Shown piece by piece: positions 38,709-49,476 of a stretch of DNA of 64,000 nucleotides. Numbering within the stretch: the stretch's first letter is position 1; each line of letters starts with the position of its first letter. The stretch spans positions 3,005 through 67,004 of the forward strand of contig CANPWE010000003.1 of the NCBI GenBank assembly GCA_947581895.1, written 5' to 3'. The DNA comes from an uncultured Clostridia bacterium (lineage in GTDB: Bacteria > Bacillota > Clostridia > TANB77 > CAG-508). The notes beneath the pieces are model-generated. The model saw nothing but the letters and a program-made list of their open reading frames with translations, made no database searches and had not been told where the DNA came from. Both the position numbers and the translations under genes were made by a program.

Positions 38709-39866
38709 TTATTTTCTGCTTAATTGTACTTCAATAGTTTTTTCCCTATTATTTCTTAATACTGTTAAAATTACCGTATCTCCAATATTTTTTGAATATA
38801 TATATTCACGTAAATCGCACATCTTTTCTAAAGAAATATCATCAATTTTTGTTATAACATCTCCAATTTGTAATCCACTTGTAAATGCAGGAGAATCTAA
38901 TGATATTTGTGCAATATATATCCCTGTATCAAAATTTATATTTGAATCTAAATATGGTATTACATCTTTATCATATGCAAAAACTCCAATACTAGCTTCT
39001 TCAAAATTTCCTTCATTTTCTAACTTTTGTATTATAGGCTTAATTACATTTATTGGAACAGCAAATCCTATCCCTTCTGCAGATGTAATTTTTACAGTAT
39101 TTATACCAATAATTTCACCATTATTATTAATTAAAGGTCCTCCACTATTTCCTGGATTTATTGTAGCATCAGTTTGAATTAAATTAGACATAAAAACTTC
39201 ATGTTCATTTTCTTCATTATTTACACCATTTTCTGTTTGTGTATTTTCTTTAAAAATAATAGTTCTATTTAATGCACTTATAATTCCAGATGTAACAGTT
39301 TTTTGAAATTCAAATCCAATTGGATTTCCTATGGCATATGCACTTTCTCCTACACTTACTAAATCTGAATCTCCTAGTATTGCATAACTAACACATTTCA
39401 TATTAATTTTGATAATAGCTAAATCTAAATTCATATCTGACCATACAACATTTGCATTATAATTTTTTCCATCTTCCATTGTTACATAACAAGTACTATT
39501 CTTTGGTCCAGAAACATGTTCATTTGTTAAAATATATCCATTTTCTGATATAATTACTCCACTCCCAATTCCCATTTGTGATACACCATTTTCCATAAAA
39601 ATAGTACTTCCATTATCTTTTAATTTGGAAACTCCAACAACACAATTTGTAACATTCTCTAACATTTGGGTAATAGTTACATCCTCTTGTTTTTTCATGT
39701 CTACTGTTTGTGATAAACGTTCTGCTTTAACAGTAGTAAAATCTGTTATTGGAATTCCTCTATAAATTTGAAATAATTTTATTCCTACCAAAATTGCCAG
39801 AATAATAATTACACATATAATTAATATCTTTTCTATTCTTTTTTTTCTTTGAGAATAAATATACAC
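38709..39866 (-). CDS. htrA: HtrA/DegP-family serine protease with PDZ domain
   Basis: N-terminal TM anchor. Catalytic triad context ILTNEHV, D...LAII, TDATINPGNSGGPL. C-terminal PDZ. Confidence 0.85.
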   Translation of the reverse strand: MYIYSQRKKRIEKILIICVIIILAILVGIKLFQIYRGIPITDFTTVKAERLSQTVDMKKQEDVTITQMLENVTNCVVGVSKLKDNGSTIFMENGVSQMGIGSGVIISENGYILTNEHVSGPKNSTCYVTMEDGKNYNANVVWSDMNLDLAIIKINMKCVSYAILGDSDLVSVGESAYAIGNPIGFEFQKTVTSGIISALNRTIIFKENTQTENGVNNEENEHEVFMSNLIQTDATINPGNSGGPLINNNGEIIGINTVKITSAEGIGFAVPINVIKPIIQKLENEGNFEEASIGVFAYDKDVIPYLDSNINFDTGIYIAQISLDSPAFTSGLQIGDVITKIDDISLEKMCDLREYIYSKNIGDTVILTVLRNNREKTIEVQLSRK

Positions 39867-40124
39867 AATTAATACTCCTCCTTTAATTATTCTTTATTAC
39901 ATTTTTTACAAAATTGTAAAAATTATACTCATCTAATAACAATTGGATATCTTACAGTTTTGTACTCCCTCTTACCTTCTTCTCCAAAACTTGAACTCCA
40001 TCAAACGAATGAAATATCAATGTGTGTTACTGCATTACATAACTATTAAATTTGATGGCTTATTGCAAAAACATTAAACAGTAACCAGCTAATGTTACTG
40101 TTTAACATTTTCGTCTTTTGAGTA

Positions 40125-40377
40125 GCCGGAAAGTGGTAGTAAGAGTGGAGATGTGGATATATATTGTTTTAAAAATGTGGCTTAAGTGGGAACCGGCTAG
40201 CTACAGAGAGTTATAATTCCCCAGACTACCACACCCCCAAAAACGTATACACAGTCCCTCACTGCCATACAGCAATCCGACCCTCACGCTCAGGAATTAT
40301 TACTCTCTGTGCGCTGTTGGGAAACATTTTTAAAACAATATATATCCACATCTCCACTCTTACTACCACTTTCCGGC
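40125..40377. repeat. 54-bp perfect inverted repeat flanking a 145-bp relatively GC-rich core that itself contains an 18-bp imperfect inner inverted repeat
   Basis: 40125-40178 gccggaaagtggtagtaagagtggagatgtggatatatattgttttaaaaatgt is the exact reverse complement of 40324-40377. Inner arms acagagagttataattcc (40203-40220) and ggaattattactctctgt (40291-40308). Confidence 0.8.
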
Positions 40378-40487
40378 GGACTATTGTAAAAAGGCATTAA
40401 ACGCTAATATAAAAAATTCTGTTTTAGTATTGTAGAAAATAATTTTTAATGATATAATTTTACCAAATTTGTAATGGAGGGAGTAAT

Positions 40488-41507
40488 ATGAAATTAGAAC
40501 AAAATGATGTACCTTTTATATTTTCATCAACATCATTACCAGATGTTTTTTTTACAGAATATTTATCATATGCTGATGGTAATTATATAAAAATATATCT
40601 ATACATGGTTTTTTTGGCAAAATATGGAAAAGACATAAAAATAAATGACTTAGCAAAAAAATTACAACTTCCATTAAAAACAATTCAGGATGGAATAAAA
40701 TTTTGGGAAGAACAAAAAGTTATCACTAAAAAAAATGCAGGATACATATTAAATAACTTACAAGAAATGGAATTACATAAGCTTTATAATCCTAGAGTTA
40801 CTTCATCACCTGAAGAATTAGAAAAAACGGCTAAAAATCAATATCGTTCTAAAGCTATAGAAAATATAAATAATGAATTTTTTCAAGGCATTATGTCTCC
40901 TTCATGGTATAGTGATATAGATTTATGGTTTAAAAAATATGCTTTTGATGAAGAAGTAATGATAGCACTATTTAGATATTGCTTTAATCGTTCTGCACTT
41001 CACAGAAATTATATCCAAACAGTAGCTGAAGCCTGGTCACAAAATAATATAAAAACATTTAATGACTTAGAAATATATTTTGAAAAACAAGAAAAAATAA
41101 AATCTTTAGAATCTGTAATTTCTAAAAAATTAAATCTAAATAGACAACTATCACAATATGAAGAAGGCTATGTCTCAAGATGGAATTTGGAGTATGGATA
41201 TAATTTTGATATTATCGAACTTGCTTTGAAAAAAACCACTTCAAAATCAAATTTTAACTTTGACTATTTAGATAGAATATTAACAGATTGGCATGAAAGG
41301 AAATTAAAAACACCTGCTGATGTAACTAATTATTTATTAGATACAAAAAACAAAAATAAAAATATTAAGAATTTGGAAAAACAAACAGGTTATACAAATT
41401 ATGAACAAAGAGAACATTCAGATTGGGATAATTTTTATATTAATACTACAAATAATTCAAATAATAATATAGATTCTAATATTAATCAAAATAATATTAA
41501 ACTATAA
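40488..41507 (+). CDS. dnaD: DnaD/DnaB-domain replication initiation/primosome protein
   Basis: DnaD-like N-domain and DnaB_2-like C-repeat (W...YI...A..W...I.T....Y). GGAGGGAG RBS. Followed by dnaI, as in Firmicute dnaB-dnaI operons. Confidence 0.7.
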   Translation: MKLEQNDVPFIFSSTSLPDVFFTEYLSYADGNYIKIYLYMVFLAKYGKDIKINDLAKKLQLPLKTIQDGIKFWEEQKVITKKNAGYILNNLQEMELHKLYNPRVTSSPEELEKTAKNQYRSKAIENINNEFFQGIMSPSWYSDIDLWFKKYAFDEEVMIALFRYCFNRSALHRNYIQTVAEAWSQNNIKTFNDLEIYFEKQEKIKSLESVISKKLNLNRQLSQYEEGYVSRWNLEYGYNFDIIELALKKTTSKSNFNFDYLDRILTDWHERKLKTPADVTNYLLDTKNKNKNIKNLEKQTGYTNYEQREHSDWDNFYINTTNNSNNNIDSNINQNNIKL

Positions 41508-41617
41508 ATAATTTTTTAATAATTCCCAAAAAACATTTAATATAATATTATTAAATTTTTATATATAATGAGCTTTATAAATTTTGTTTATAAAGCTCTA
41601 ATTAAATAAGTTAGGAT

Positions 41618-42628
41618 GTGAATAAAATGAATAATGCAATATTATCATCACTCTTAAAAAAATATGAACAAAAAAGAATTTCTGCAGAAAAAGATTTAGA
41701 TGAAAGAAAAAATAAATTATACCTAGAAAATCCTAGATTACAAGAAATAGACGATGAATTATCAAAAATAGGAATTTCAACAGCTAAGGCTTTAATAATG
41801 TCTAACTCTAATAATTTACTAAATGATTTAAATATTAAAGTTAATAATTTAAAAAAAGAAAAATCTGAAATATTAAAAAAATTAAATCTCCCTATAGATT
41901 ATCTATTACCAAATTATTCTTGTAAATTATGTTATGATACAGGCTATATACAAAATAATTATAAATCTACTATGTGTAATTGCCTTAAACAAGAAATTTA
42001 TAATATTGAATATAATAAATCAAATATTGCAAATTTAGAAACACAGAATTTTGAAAATTTTTCTTTAGAAAAATTTTCAGATAAAGTTGATAAAGAAAAA
42101 TATAATTCAGAAATATCTCCTAGAGAAAATACACTTTTAATAAAAAATATCTGTATGAATTTTATTAATAATTTTGATGATCCAAAGGAAAAAAACCTTT
42201 TATTTACTGGAAATACAGGCTTAGGTAAAACATTTCTTTCAAGTTGTATAGCAAAAGAAATGATTCAAAGAGATAAAACCGTCCTTTACCAGACTTCTCC
42301 TCTTATGCTAGATACAATTATAGATTATAAATTTAATAAAAATACTTCATCAGATGAAACATATAAAAATTTGCTTGATGTTGATTTATTAATAATAGAT
42401 GATTTAGGAACTGAATCATTAAATAATATTAAATTTACAGAATTATTTAATATAATAAATACACGTTTACTTAATCAAAATAATAAATGTTTAAAAACCA
42501 TTATTTCGACAAATTTAAGTTTACCAATATTAAATAAAACCTATGGTGAACGTATTATCTCAAGATTAATTGGTGATTATAATATATGCAGATTTTTTGG
42601 AGAAGATCTTCGTTTCATAAATCGCTAA
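41618..42628 (+). CDS. dnaI: primosomal helicase loader DnaI (DnaC/IstB-like AAA+)
   Basis: N-terminal Cys cluster CKLCYDTGY...CNC. Walker A FTGNTGLGKTFL, Walker B LLIIDDLGTE. Confidence 0.8.
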   Translation: MNKMNNAILSSLLKKYEQKRISAEKDLDERKNKLYLENPRLQEIDDELSKIGISTAKALIMSNSNNLLNDLNIKVNNLKKEKSEILKKLNLPIDYLLPNYSCKLCYDTGYIQNNYKSTMCNCLKQEIYNIEYNKSNIANLETQNFENFSLEKFSDKVDKEKYNSEISPRENTLLIKNICMNFINNFDDPKEKNLLFTGNTGLGKTFLSSCIAKEMIQRDKTVLYQTSPLMLDTIIDYKFNKNTSSDETYKNLLDVDLLIIDDLGTESLNNIKFTELFNIINTRLLNQNNKCLKTIISTNLSLPILNKTYGERIISRLIGDYNICRFFGEDLRFINR

Positions 42629-42720
42629 TATATAATAAAAATATGAAATAAACTTTTTTTATTAAATTTTTTTAATAATTTTTGTTTATTTCATATTTTT
42701 TTGTTGCTTTTTATTATTTA

Positions 42721-45159
42721 TTATTTATTTTCATCTTCTGGTTCAATAATTTCAATACTAACAACTTTTCCTCCATCATTTGTTCTCATTAATGTTACAC
42801 CTTGAGTAGATCTACCTAAAACACTAACTTCTGAGACTTTTAATCTAATAATAGTTCCAGTATCTGTAATCATCATTACATCTTCATTACCTTTAGCTAT
42901 TCTTATACCTACTATATTTCCTGTTTTAGGAGTTATTTTATAAGTAATTACTCCTTTTCCTCCTCTATTTTGTACTCTATATTCATCAAGTTCTGTTCTT
43001 TTTCCAAATCCATTTTCTGTGATAACAAGTAATGTAGAATTATTTCCACCAATTATTGATTCCATTCCTACTACAAAATCATCTTTATCTAATCTAATAC
43101 CTAATACACCCTGAGCAGACCTTCCAACAGGACGTACATCTTTTTCATCAAAAGTAATACACAAACCTTTACTTGTAACTAAAACAACATTATCTTCTCC
43201 ATCTGTTAATCTAACATCTATTAGTTCATCATCTTCTTTTAATGTTATAGCTAATAATCCAGTTCTTTTGTTAGAACTATATTCATTTAATGCTGTTTTC
43301 TTTATTAGTCCATTACGAGTAGCCATTAATAAATATTTTCCTTCAGCAAAATTTTGTAAAGGTATTACAGCTGATATTTTTTCTCCATTATCAAGACTTA
43401 ATAAATTAACAATAGCTGTTCCTTTTGCTGTTCTACCAGCTTCAGGAATTTCGTATCCTCTTAATTTATACAATTTTCCCTTATTACTAAAAAATAAAAT
43501 TGTATCATGTGTAGAAGCTGTAAATATTTGTTTTACAAAATCTTCTTCTCTTGTTGCAATTCCAGTAATTCCTTTTCCACCTCTTCTTTGACTTTTATAT
43601 GTGTCTATTGGCATTCTTTTAATATATCCGAAATGAGTTAATGCTACAACTGTTTGCTCATCTTTTATTAGGTCTTCCATGTTGAATTCACCTTCTGCAG
43701 CAACAATTTTTGTTTTTCTTTCATCACCATATTTTTGTTTAATTTCTAATAATTCTTCTTTAATTATATCAAATACTAGTTTTTCACTATTTAGAATTTC
43801 CCTTAGATGTGCAATCAATTTCATTAATTCTGCATATTCTTCTTCTATTTTTTCTCTTTGTAACCCTGATAATGTTTTTAATCTCATATCTAATATTGCT
43901 TGTGCTTGAATATCAGAAAGATTAAATCTTTCCATTAATTTTTCTTTTGGATCATCATAAGATGAACGAATTATATTTATTACTTCATCAATATTATCTA
44001 AAGCAATTTTTAATCCTTCTAATATGTGAGCTCTAGCTAATGCTTTATCTAATTCAAATTGAGTTCTACGTAAAATTACATTTTTTCTATGATCAATATA
44101 ATGATTTAAACATTGTCTTAATGTTAATATCTTAGGTTCACCATCTACTAATGCTAGCATTATAACACCAAATGTATCTTGCATTTGAGTAAATTTATAT
44201 AATTGATTTAAAACAACTTGAGCATTTGCATCTCTTTTTAATTCAATTACAATTCTTACTTTATCAATTCTGTCAGATTCATCTCTTAAATCAGAAATTC
44301 CCTCAATCCTTTTTTCTCTAGCCAATGCAGCAATATTTTCAACAAGTTTTGCTTTATTTACTTGGTATGGAAGAGAATTAACTATTATTCTTTGTTTATT
44401 ACCACTCATTTCTTCTATTTCTGCTTCAGCTCTAACTGTAATTTTTCCTCTTCCTGTTGTATATGCTTGTTTTATTCCTTCTCTTCCTAATATTACACCT
44501 TCTGTTGGAAAATCTGGTCCTTTAATTATTTGCATTAAATCTTCATCAGAAACATCATCTTCATCTATTATTTTTATAATGCCATCTATTACTTCTGTAA
44601 GATTATGTGGTGGTATATTTGTTGCCATACCAACAGCAATTCCTGATGAACCATTTATTAATAGTGTAGGAATTTTTGATGGTAAAACCTTTGGTTCTTG
44701 TAATCTTTCATCATAGTTTGGCATAAAATCTACTGTATTTTTTTCAATATCTGTTAACATTAATTCTGCAATTTTAGCCATTCTAGCTTCTGTGTACCTC
44801 ATAGCAGCAGCACCATCACCATCTATAGAACCAAAATTTCCATGACCATCTATTAAAGGATATCTTAAAGAAAAATCTTGAGCCATTCTAACCATAGCAT
44901 CATAAACTGATGAATCACCATGTGGATGATAACGTCCTAAAACAGAACCTACTGTATTAGCACATTTCCTATATGGCTTGTCTGATGTAATACCATCCTC
45001 ATACATAGCATATAAAATTCTTCTATGAACAGGTTTCAAACCATCTCTTACATCTGGTAATGCACGAGAAACAATAACACTCATTGCATAATCAATATAT
45101 GAGGTTTTCATCTCTGTTTCAATATCTCTTTGTATAATTTTTCCATCATTAGAATCCAT
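42721..45159 (-). CDS. gyrA: DNA gyrase subunit A
   Basis: [61 protein letters not shown], with the active-site Tyr region. 812 aa. Confidence 0.97.
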   Translation of the reverse strand: MDSNDGKIIQRDIETEMKTSYIDYAMSVIVSRALPDVRDGLKPVHRRILYAMYEDGITSDKPYRKCANTVGSVLGRYHPHGDSSVYDAMVRMAQDFSLRYPLIDGHGNFGSIDGDGAAAMRYTEARMAKIAELMLTDIEKNTVDFMPNYDERLQEPKVLPSKIPTLLINGSSGIAVGMATNIPPHNLTEVIDGIIKIIDEDDVSDEDLMQIIKGPDFPTEGVILGREGIKQAYTTGRGKITVRAEAEIEEMSGNKQRIIVNSLPYQVNKAKLVENIAALAREKRIEGISDLRDESDRIDKVRIVIELKRDANAQVVLNQLYKFTQMQDTFGVIMLALVDGEPKILTLRQCLNHYIDHRKNVILRRTQFELDKALARAHILEGLKIALDNIDEVINIIRSSYDDPKEKLMERFNLSDIQAQAILDMRLKTLSGLQREKIEEEYAELMKLIAHLREILNSEKLVFDIIKEELLEIKQKYGDERKTKIVAAEGEFNMEDLIKDEQTVVALTHFGYIKRMPIDTYKSQRRGGKGITGIATREEDFVKQIFTASTHDTILFFSNKGKLYKLRGYEIPEAGRTAKGTAIVNLLSLDNGEKISAVIPLQNFAEGKYLLMATRNGLIKKTALNEYSSNKRTGLLAITLKEDDELIDVRLTDGEDNVVLVTSKGLCITFDEKDVRPVGRSAQGVLGIRLDKDDFVVGMESIIGGNNSTLLVITENGFGKRTELDEYRVQNRGGKGVITYKITPKTGNIVGIRIAKGNEDVMMITDTGTIIRLKVSEVSVLGRSTQGVTLMRTNDGGKVVSIEIIEPEDENK

Positions 45160-45350
45160 ATTTCTACCTCTTTTCTAGTGTATTTCACTCCTTGTATTAT
45201 ACTAAATCAAAAAAAATTATGCAACAATAAAATTTAAATTTCCGTAATTTTTGTTACTGTTTAATACTTTTTTTAAAAAATTTTTATTTAATTAAACAGT
45301 TTCATATAAAAGTATTATAAAATAATTATTTTATTTATTTATTTTAATAA

Positions 45351-45520
45351 AATATACTACATCTTAAAGTCACTCTATAAAAGAAAAAATTTTTGAAAAA
45401 AAGTGGTTAAGAAATTTTATGATTTTATAAATTAATAAGATTATGATATAGAAACAATTAAATTAATTGAATTGAAATTATATATTTTATAGAGTAACTT
45501 TAAGATGTAGTATATTTTTT
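45351..45520. repeat. 32-bp inverted repeat (1 mismatch) separated by ~105 bp in the gyrA upstream region
   Basis: aaaatatactacatcttaaagtcactctataaaa (45351-45384) against ttttatagagtaactttaagatgtagtatatttt (45487-45520). Confidence 0.7.
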
Positions 45521-45523
45521 ATT

Positions 45524-46243
45524 TTATAAATTTTCAGCAAGTTCTAAATAAATATTACTAAAGTCAAAATTTTCCGTATTATTAATTAATTCATGTATAT
45601 TTTGAATTTTATTTACATTTTTAATAATATTTTCTAATGGTAATATTTTTTTCATTTGTTTTTCTATTTTATTATATTCTTTGGTTAATCCATCTAAATC
45701 TTTTTTCGTATAATATTTTTCCCAATTTCCTATGTATTTTTCTACTTTTTCTAATGCTTTTATTTCATTAGTAAATTCATTTTCGACATTGTTACTAATA
45801 TTATTTAAAATTAAATCTTTACCATTTTTTATTAAAGATGATATATTATCTGGAATTATTTTTGAATTTGATAATTTATCTAATACATTATCAATTCCAT
45901 CTGAAACTTTATCAATAAATTTTCCTTTTTCTACAGCATTTTCTGCCTGTTCTATACTAGTAAACTCTGCATCTTCTATTCCTAATATTTTTTTCCCAAG
46001 TTCTATTGCATTTTGTCCTGCTGCATTTATAGCTTCTTTAAATCCTCCACTAATTAATGCATCTTTTACTTCAATAATCTCATCTTCAATAAAATCTGGT
46101 AAAATAACTTTTAAACCTGCATCTATTGCATTATTAGCAATTTGTCCAAAATTTGAATTCAAAAATTTATCTTGGAGATTTTTTAAATCCAAACTTTCTA
46201 TTAATCTATTGCCTAATTCATTAATATTTTCTAATATATCCAT
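45524..46243 (-). CDS. hypothetical alpha-helical protein (last gene of the inserted cluster)
   Basis: 239 aa, acidic, no family recognised. aggaggttagc RBS. Confidence 0.5.
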   Translation of the reverse strand: MDILENINELGNRLIESLDLKNLQDKFLNSNFGQIANNAIDAGLKVILPDFIEDEIIEVKDALISGGFKEAINAAGQNAIELGKKILGIEDAEFTSIEQAENAVEKGKFIDKVSDGIDNVLDKLSNSKIIPDNISSLIKNGKDLILNNISNNVENEFTNEIKALEKVEKYIGNWEKYYTKKDLDGLTKEYNKIEKQMKKILPLENIIKNVNKIQNIHELINNTENFDFSNIYLELAENL

Positions 46244-46279
46244 GCTAACCTCCTTATATTTTTCATAATAATATAATTA

Positions 46280-47680
46280 CTAATAAATTTTTTTCCAAAC
46301 AAATTCATATTTTTTTAACATGTTATTTTTTTCATTAATATTTTTTACATTTTCATTAATTATCATATTGTAATCATTTTTCAATCTAATATATCCTAAT
46401 ATATTATAATCAGAATACAAGTTTTTTAATAAATTAATATCTATACTCTTTATATTAAATTTATTAAAAACAATATTTATTTTACTTTTTTCTATATTCC
46501 AATTTGTATAATACATTTCTAAAAGTCTTTTACTTTTACTTACCTCTAATAAATTTGCTTCTGTTAAAAATATGCTTTGATTACTCATTTTTATTATTTC
46601 TTTAGTATATTCAAAAAAGCATTCTGATGTTGTATCTATAATTATTACATCATAATATTCTAATAATTTTTCCATTATCTTTTTTAATTTTTCTTCACTA
46701 ATTTTATTATCAGAATCAAATATCAAATTAATTCCAGAAATTAAATCCATTTTTTTATTAATATTAATTATTAAATTTTCAATTTTTATTTCATCCTTTT
46801 TATAATTATTATTTTTCATTATTTTTTTTATTTCTTCTGAATATTTATTTACTCCAAGAATTGTATGCAAACTGTTATTTAAAATATCAAAATCTATAAT
46901 TAATATTTTTTCGCAATATTTTTTTAGAGCTTTTGCTAACATTACTGAAAAGACACTTTTACCTGATCCATTGTTTCCTAAAATGGAAATTATTTTATTT
47001 TTTTTAGTATCTTCATCTATAATTTTATTAATAAAATTTTTTTGATTTATATTATTTATAATTTTATTATTAAAATTAATTTTATTTCCAATATTTATTT
47101 TTTTATTACTCATTATTCTTTTTAATGAATTAATTTTATTATTTTTAGAAATTATAATTTTATTATTTTTTTCTTTATTTTTCTTTTTACATTTTCTTAT
47201 TTCATTATTTGATAAATTTTTCTCATTTATTTTATTATTATTTTTTATAAATTCTTTTAATTCATCTATTTCTTTTCTTATTTCTTCATTATATTTCTCC
47301 ATTTTATTTTCTTCACTGATTATTTCAATTATTTCCTTAATTTCTATTTTATTATCAAAAAAGATTTTATATACGCCTTTTTTCATCAAATTTTCTTCTA
47401 ATTTATCATTATTTTTTTCCAATATTAAAATTATTTTTATTTTAGGATTAATTTTTTTAATTTTTTCTACTAATTCTTCTAATTCTAAATTTCCTGGAAT
47501 TAATTGACTTATAATAATAAAATCTATTTCTTTTTTTAATTCTAAAATTTCAAAAATTCCATCTTGATATTGTATGTCATTATTTATTATTGTTAATCCA
47601 TTTATTTTTTTTATTTCATCATTTAATATAGGATTTCCAACTGCTGTTAATATATTTTTAATTTTTTTCACCTCCCACAA
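46280..47680 (-). CDS. CpaE/TadZ-like ATPase: N-terminal receiver-like domain + MinD/ParA-type P-loop
   Basis: The N-terminal ~120 aa resemble a REC fold (IIISQLIPGNLELEELVEKIKKINPKIKIILIL). ILGNNGSGKSVFSVMLAKAL deviant Walker A near residue 225. Start overlaps the upstream gene by 23 nt. Confidence 0.6.
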   Translation of the reverse strand: MWEVKKIKNILTAVGNPILNDEIKKINGLTIINNDIQYQDGIFEILELKKEIDFIIISQLIPGNLELEELVEKIKKINPKIKIILILEKNNDKLEENLMKKGVYKIFFDNKIEIKEIIEIISEENKMEKYNEEIRKEIDELKEFIKNNNKINEKNLSNNEIRKCKKKNKEKNNKIIISKNNKINSLKRIMSNKKINIGNKINFNNKIINNINQKNFINKIIDEDTKKNKIISILGNNGSGKSVFSVMLAKALKKYCEKILIIDFDILNNSLHTILGVNKYSEEIKKIMKNNNYKKDEIKIENLIININKKMDLISGINLIFDSDNKISEEKLKKIMEKLLEYYDVIIIDTTSECFFEYTKEIIKMSNQSIFLTEANLLEVSKSKRLLEMYYTNWNIEKSKINIVFNKFNIKSIDINLLKNLYSDYNILGYIRLKNDYNMIINENVKNINEKNNMLKKYEFVWKKIY

Positions 47681-49433
47681 TTATTTCTTTTTCAAAATCT
47701 GATACTTCAATTTTAACTAATAAATGATCATCTCCAGCAAACATGAGACTTTCACCTCTTTTTAATGATTTTATTTCAATTTTTTCTTTTTCTGAAATAT
47801 TAGAATATTTTTCTAAGACATTAATATTTTCTTCTTCCATTGAAAAAAAATTTTTTATACTTGAATTATTTAAAATACTTTTTCCATATGTACCATTTTC
47901 TAAACTAAATAAATCTGAAATATCCTGTGTAATTGCAACTGCACTTCCTCCATATTTCCTTATAGTTTTAAAAATTTTATAAATAAATGAAGCAACTTCC
48001 TTGTTTGATGTTACACCAATTAATCTCCATATTTCGTCTAAATAAATTGATTTTTTTGTATTTCTATCTTTTTTTATTTTGTCCCAAAACAATTCAGTAA
48101 ATAAATACATACCATATTTTAAATTTTCTTCTCCTAATTCATATACATCTGCTAAAATTAATTTATTATTTAATTCAATATTTGTATAATTATTAAAAAA
48201 TTTTAATGAGCCTTTTATAAATGGTAATAATTTTATTTTAAATTTTTTTGTTTCTTCATCACATAAAATATTATAAAAATCTTCTAAAATAGGCATATCT
48301 TTGCTTGCTTTAAAAATGGGTTTTATATTTATTTTTTCATTATCATATTTATATAATGATTTATCATCAAAAGTTATATTTTTTATTTTATAAACTTCAA
48401 TTATTTTTTCTTCTAATATTGCCTTTTCCTCTTCATTTAAATTTCCAAAAATCAAATTAAAAAATCCAATTAATTTTGCAATCTTAGTAGCCAAATATCC
48501 ATTTTCAGTATCTTCTAAACTATCTTGTCTTATATCAAAAATATTTATATATGTTCCAGAATTAGGGCCAATTTTTAATATAGTTCCCTCTAATTTTTCA
48601 CACATATTTAAATATTCTCTCTCAGGATCAATAATATATTGTTCAATTCCTAATAGTCTATATCTTAATATTAACAATTTAGTATAAAAAGATTTTCCAG
48701 CACCACTTGTTCCAAAAATAGACATATTTGCATTTTTATATTTTTCATTATCATATCTATCAATGAAAACTAAAGAATTATTATAAATATTTGTACCAAT
48801 TAAAATTCCGTTTTCATCAAAAATTGATGATGAAATAAATGGATAAGTACCAACTAAACCATTTGTTAAAATATTTCTTCTTGCAATTTCTTTTATATCC
48901 TTGGAATTTTCCATAAATGGGAAACTAGAAATTAATCCTTTTTCTTGTCTAAAGTATGCTCTTTTTGTTTGAATATTTTTACTTTGTAATAGTCCTTCTA
49001 CTTTATTTAAAACATATTCTAAATCTTTTTTATCTTTTGAAAAAACATTTATATAAATATATAAAAAATATAAATCCTCATTATTTACCTGTATTTCTTT
49101 TCTTATATATTTTGCATCATTATATGTAAAAGCTGCAATTTCTATATCTTGTCTATTTTCTCCCAATGTCTTCAAATCAGAACCTACATTTCCTATATGA
49201 TATGTTAGGTCTTTAATTGTTTTATATTTATCTTGTTTTTCATAATAAATTGAGATATTTATATTAATATTTGTATCAATTATATTTCTTAATAATAGAT
49301 CAAAATTTTCTCTTCCATAATCTGAAACAATTAATGTCGAATAATAAATTCCATCCATTTCCATATATTTTGGATTAGATAAATTTATATATGAAGGTGA
49401 TAAAAAATCCTTATCTGAATATACACCTTTCAT
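47658..49433 (-). CDS. VirB4/TraC-like ATPase module (separate ORF from its N-domain)
   Basis: Walker A FGTSGAGKSFYTKLL, IIDPEREY, Walker B IYLDEIWRLIG, ...AVAITQD. The N-terminal YMEMDGIYYSTLIVSDYGRE matches the VirB4 central region. Confidence 0.7.
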   Translation of the reverse strand: MKGVYSDKDFLSPSYINLSNPKYMEMDGIYYSTLIVSDYGRENFDLLLRNIIDTNININISIYYEKQDKYKTIKDLTYHIGNVGSDLKTLGENRQDIEIAAFTYNDAKYIRKEIQVNNEDLYFLYIYINVFSKDKKDLEYVLNKVEGLLQSKNIQTKRAYFRQEKGLISSFPFMENSKDIKEIARRNILTNGLVGTYPFISSSIFDENGILIGTNIYNNSLVFIDRYDNEKYKNANMSIFGTSGAGKSFYTKLLILRYRLLGIEQYIIDPEREYLNMCEKLEGTILKIGPNSGTYINIFDIRQDSLEDTENGYLATKIAKLIGFFNLIFGNLNEEEKAILEEKIIEVYKIKNITFDDKSLYKYDNEKINIKPIFKASKDMPILEDFYNILCDEETKKFKIKLLPFIKGSLKFFNNYTNIELNNKLILADVYELGEENLKYGMYLFTELFWDKIKKDRNTKKSIYLDEIWRLIGVTSNKEVASFIYKIFKTIRKYGGSAVAITQDISDLFSLENGTYGKSILNNSSIKNFFSMEEENINVLEKYSNISEKEKIEIKSLKRGESLMFAGDDHLLVKIEVSDFEKEIIVGGEKN

Positions 49434-49476
49434 AAAATTTAAATCATTTTTGATTTTTTTTATTAAAAATCACCTC

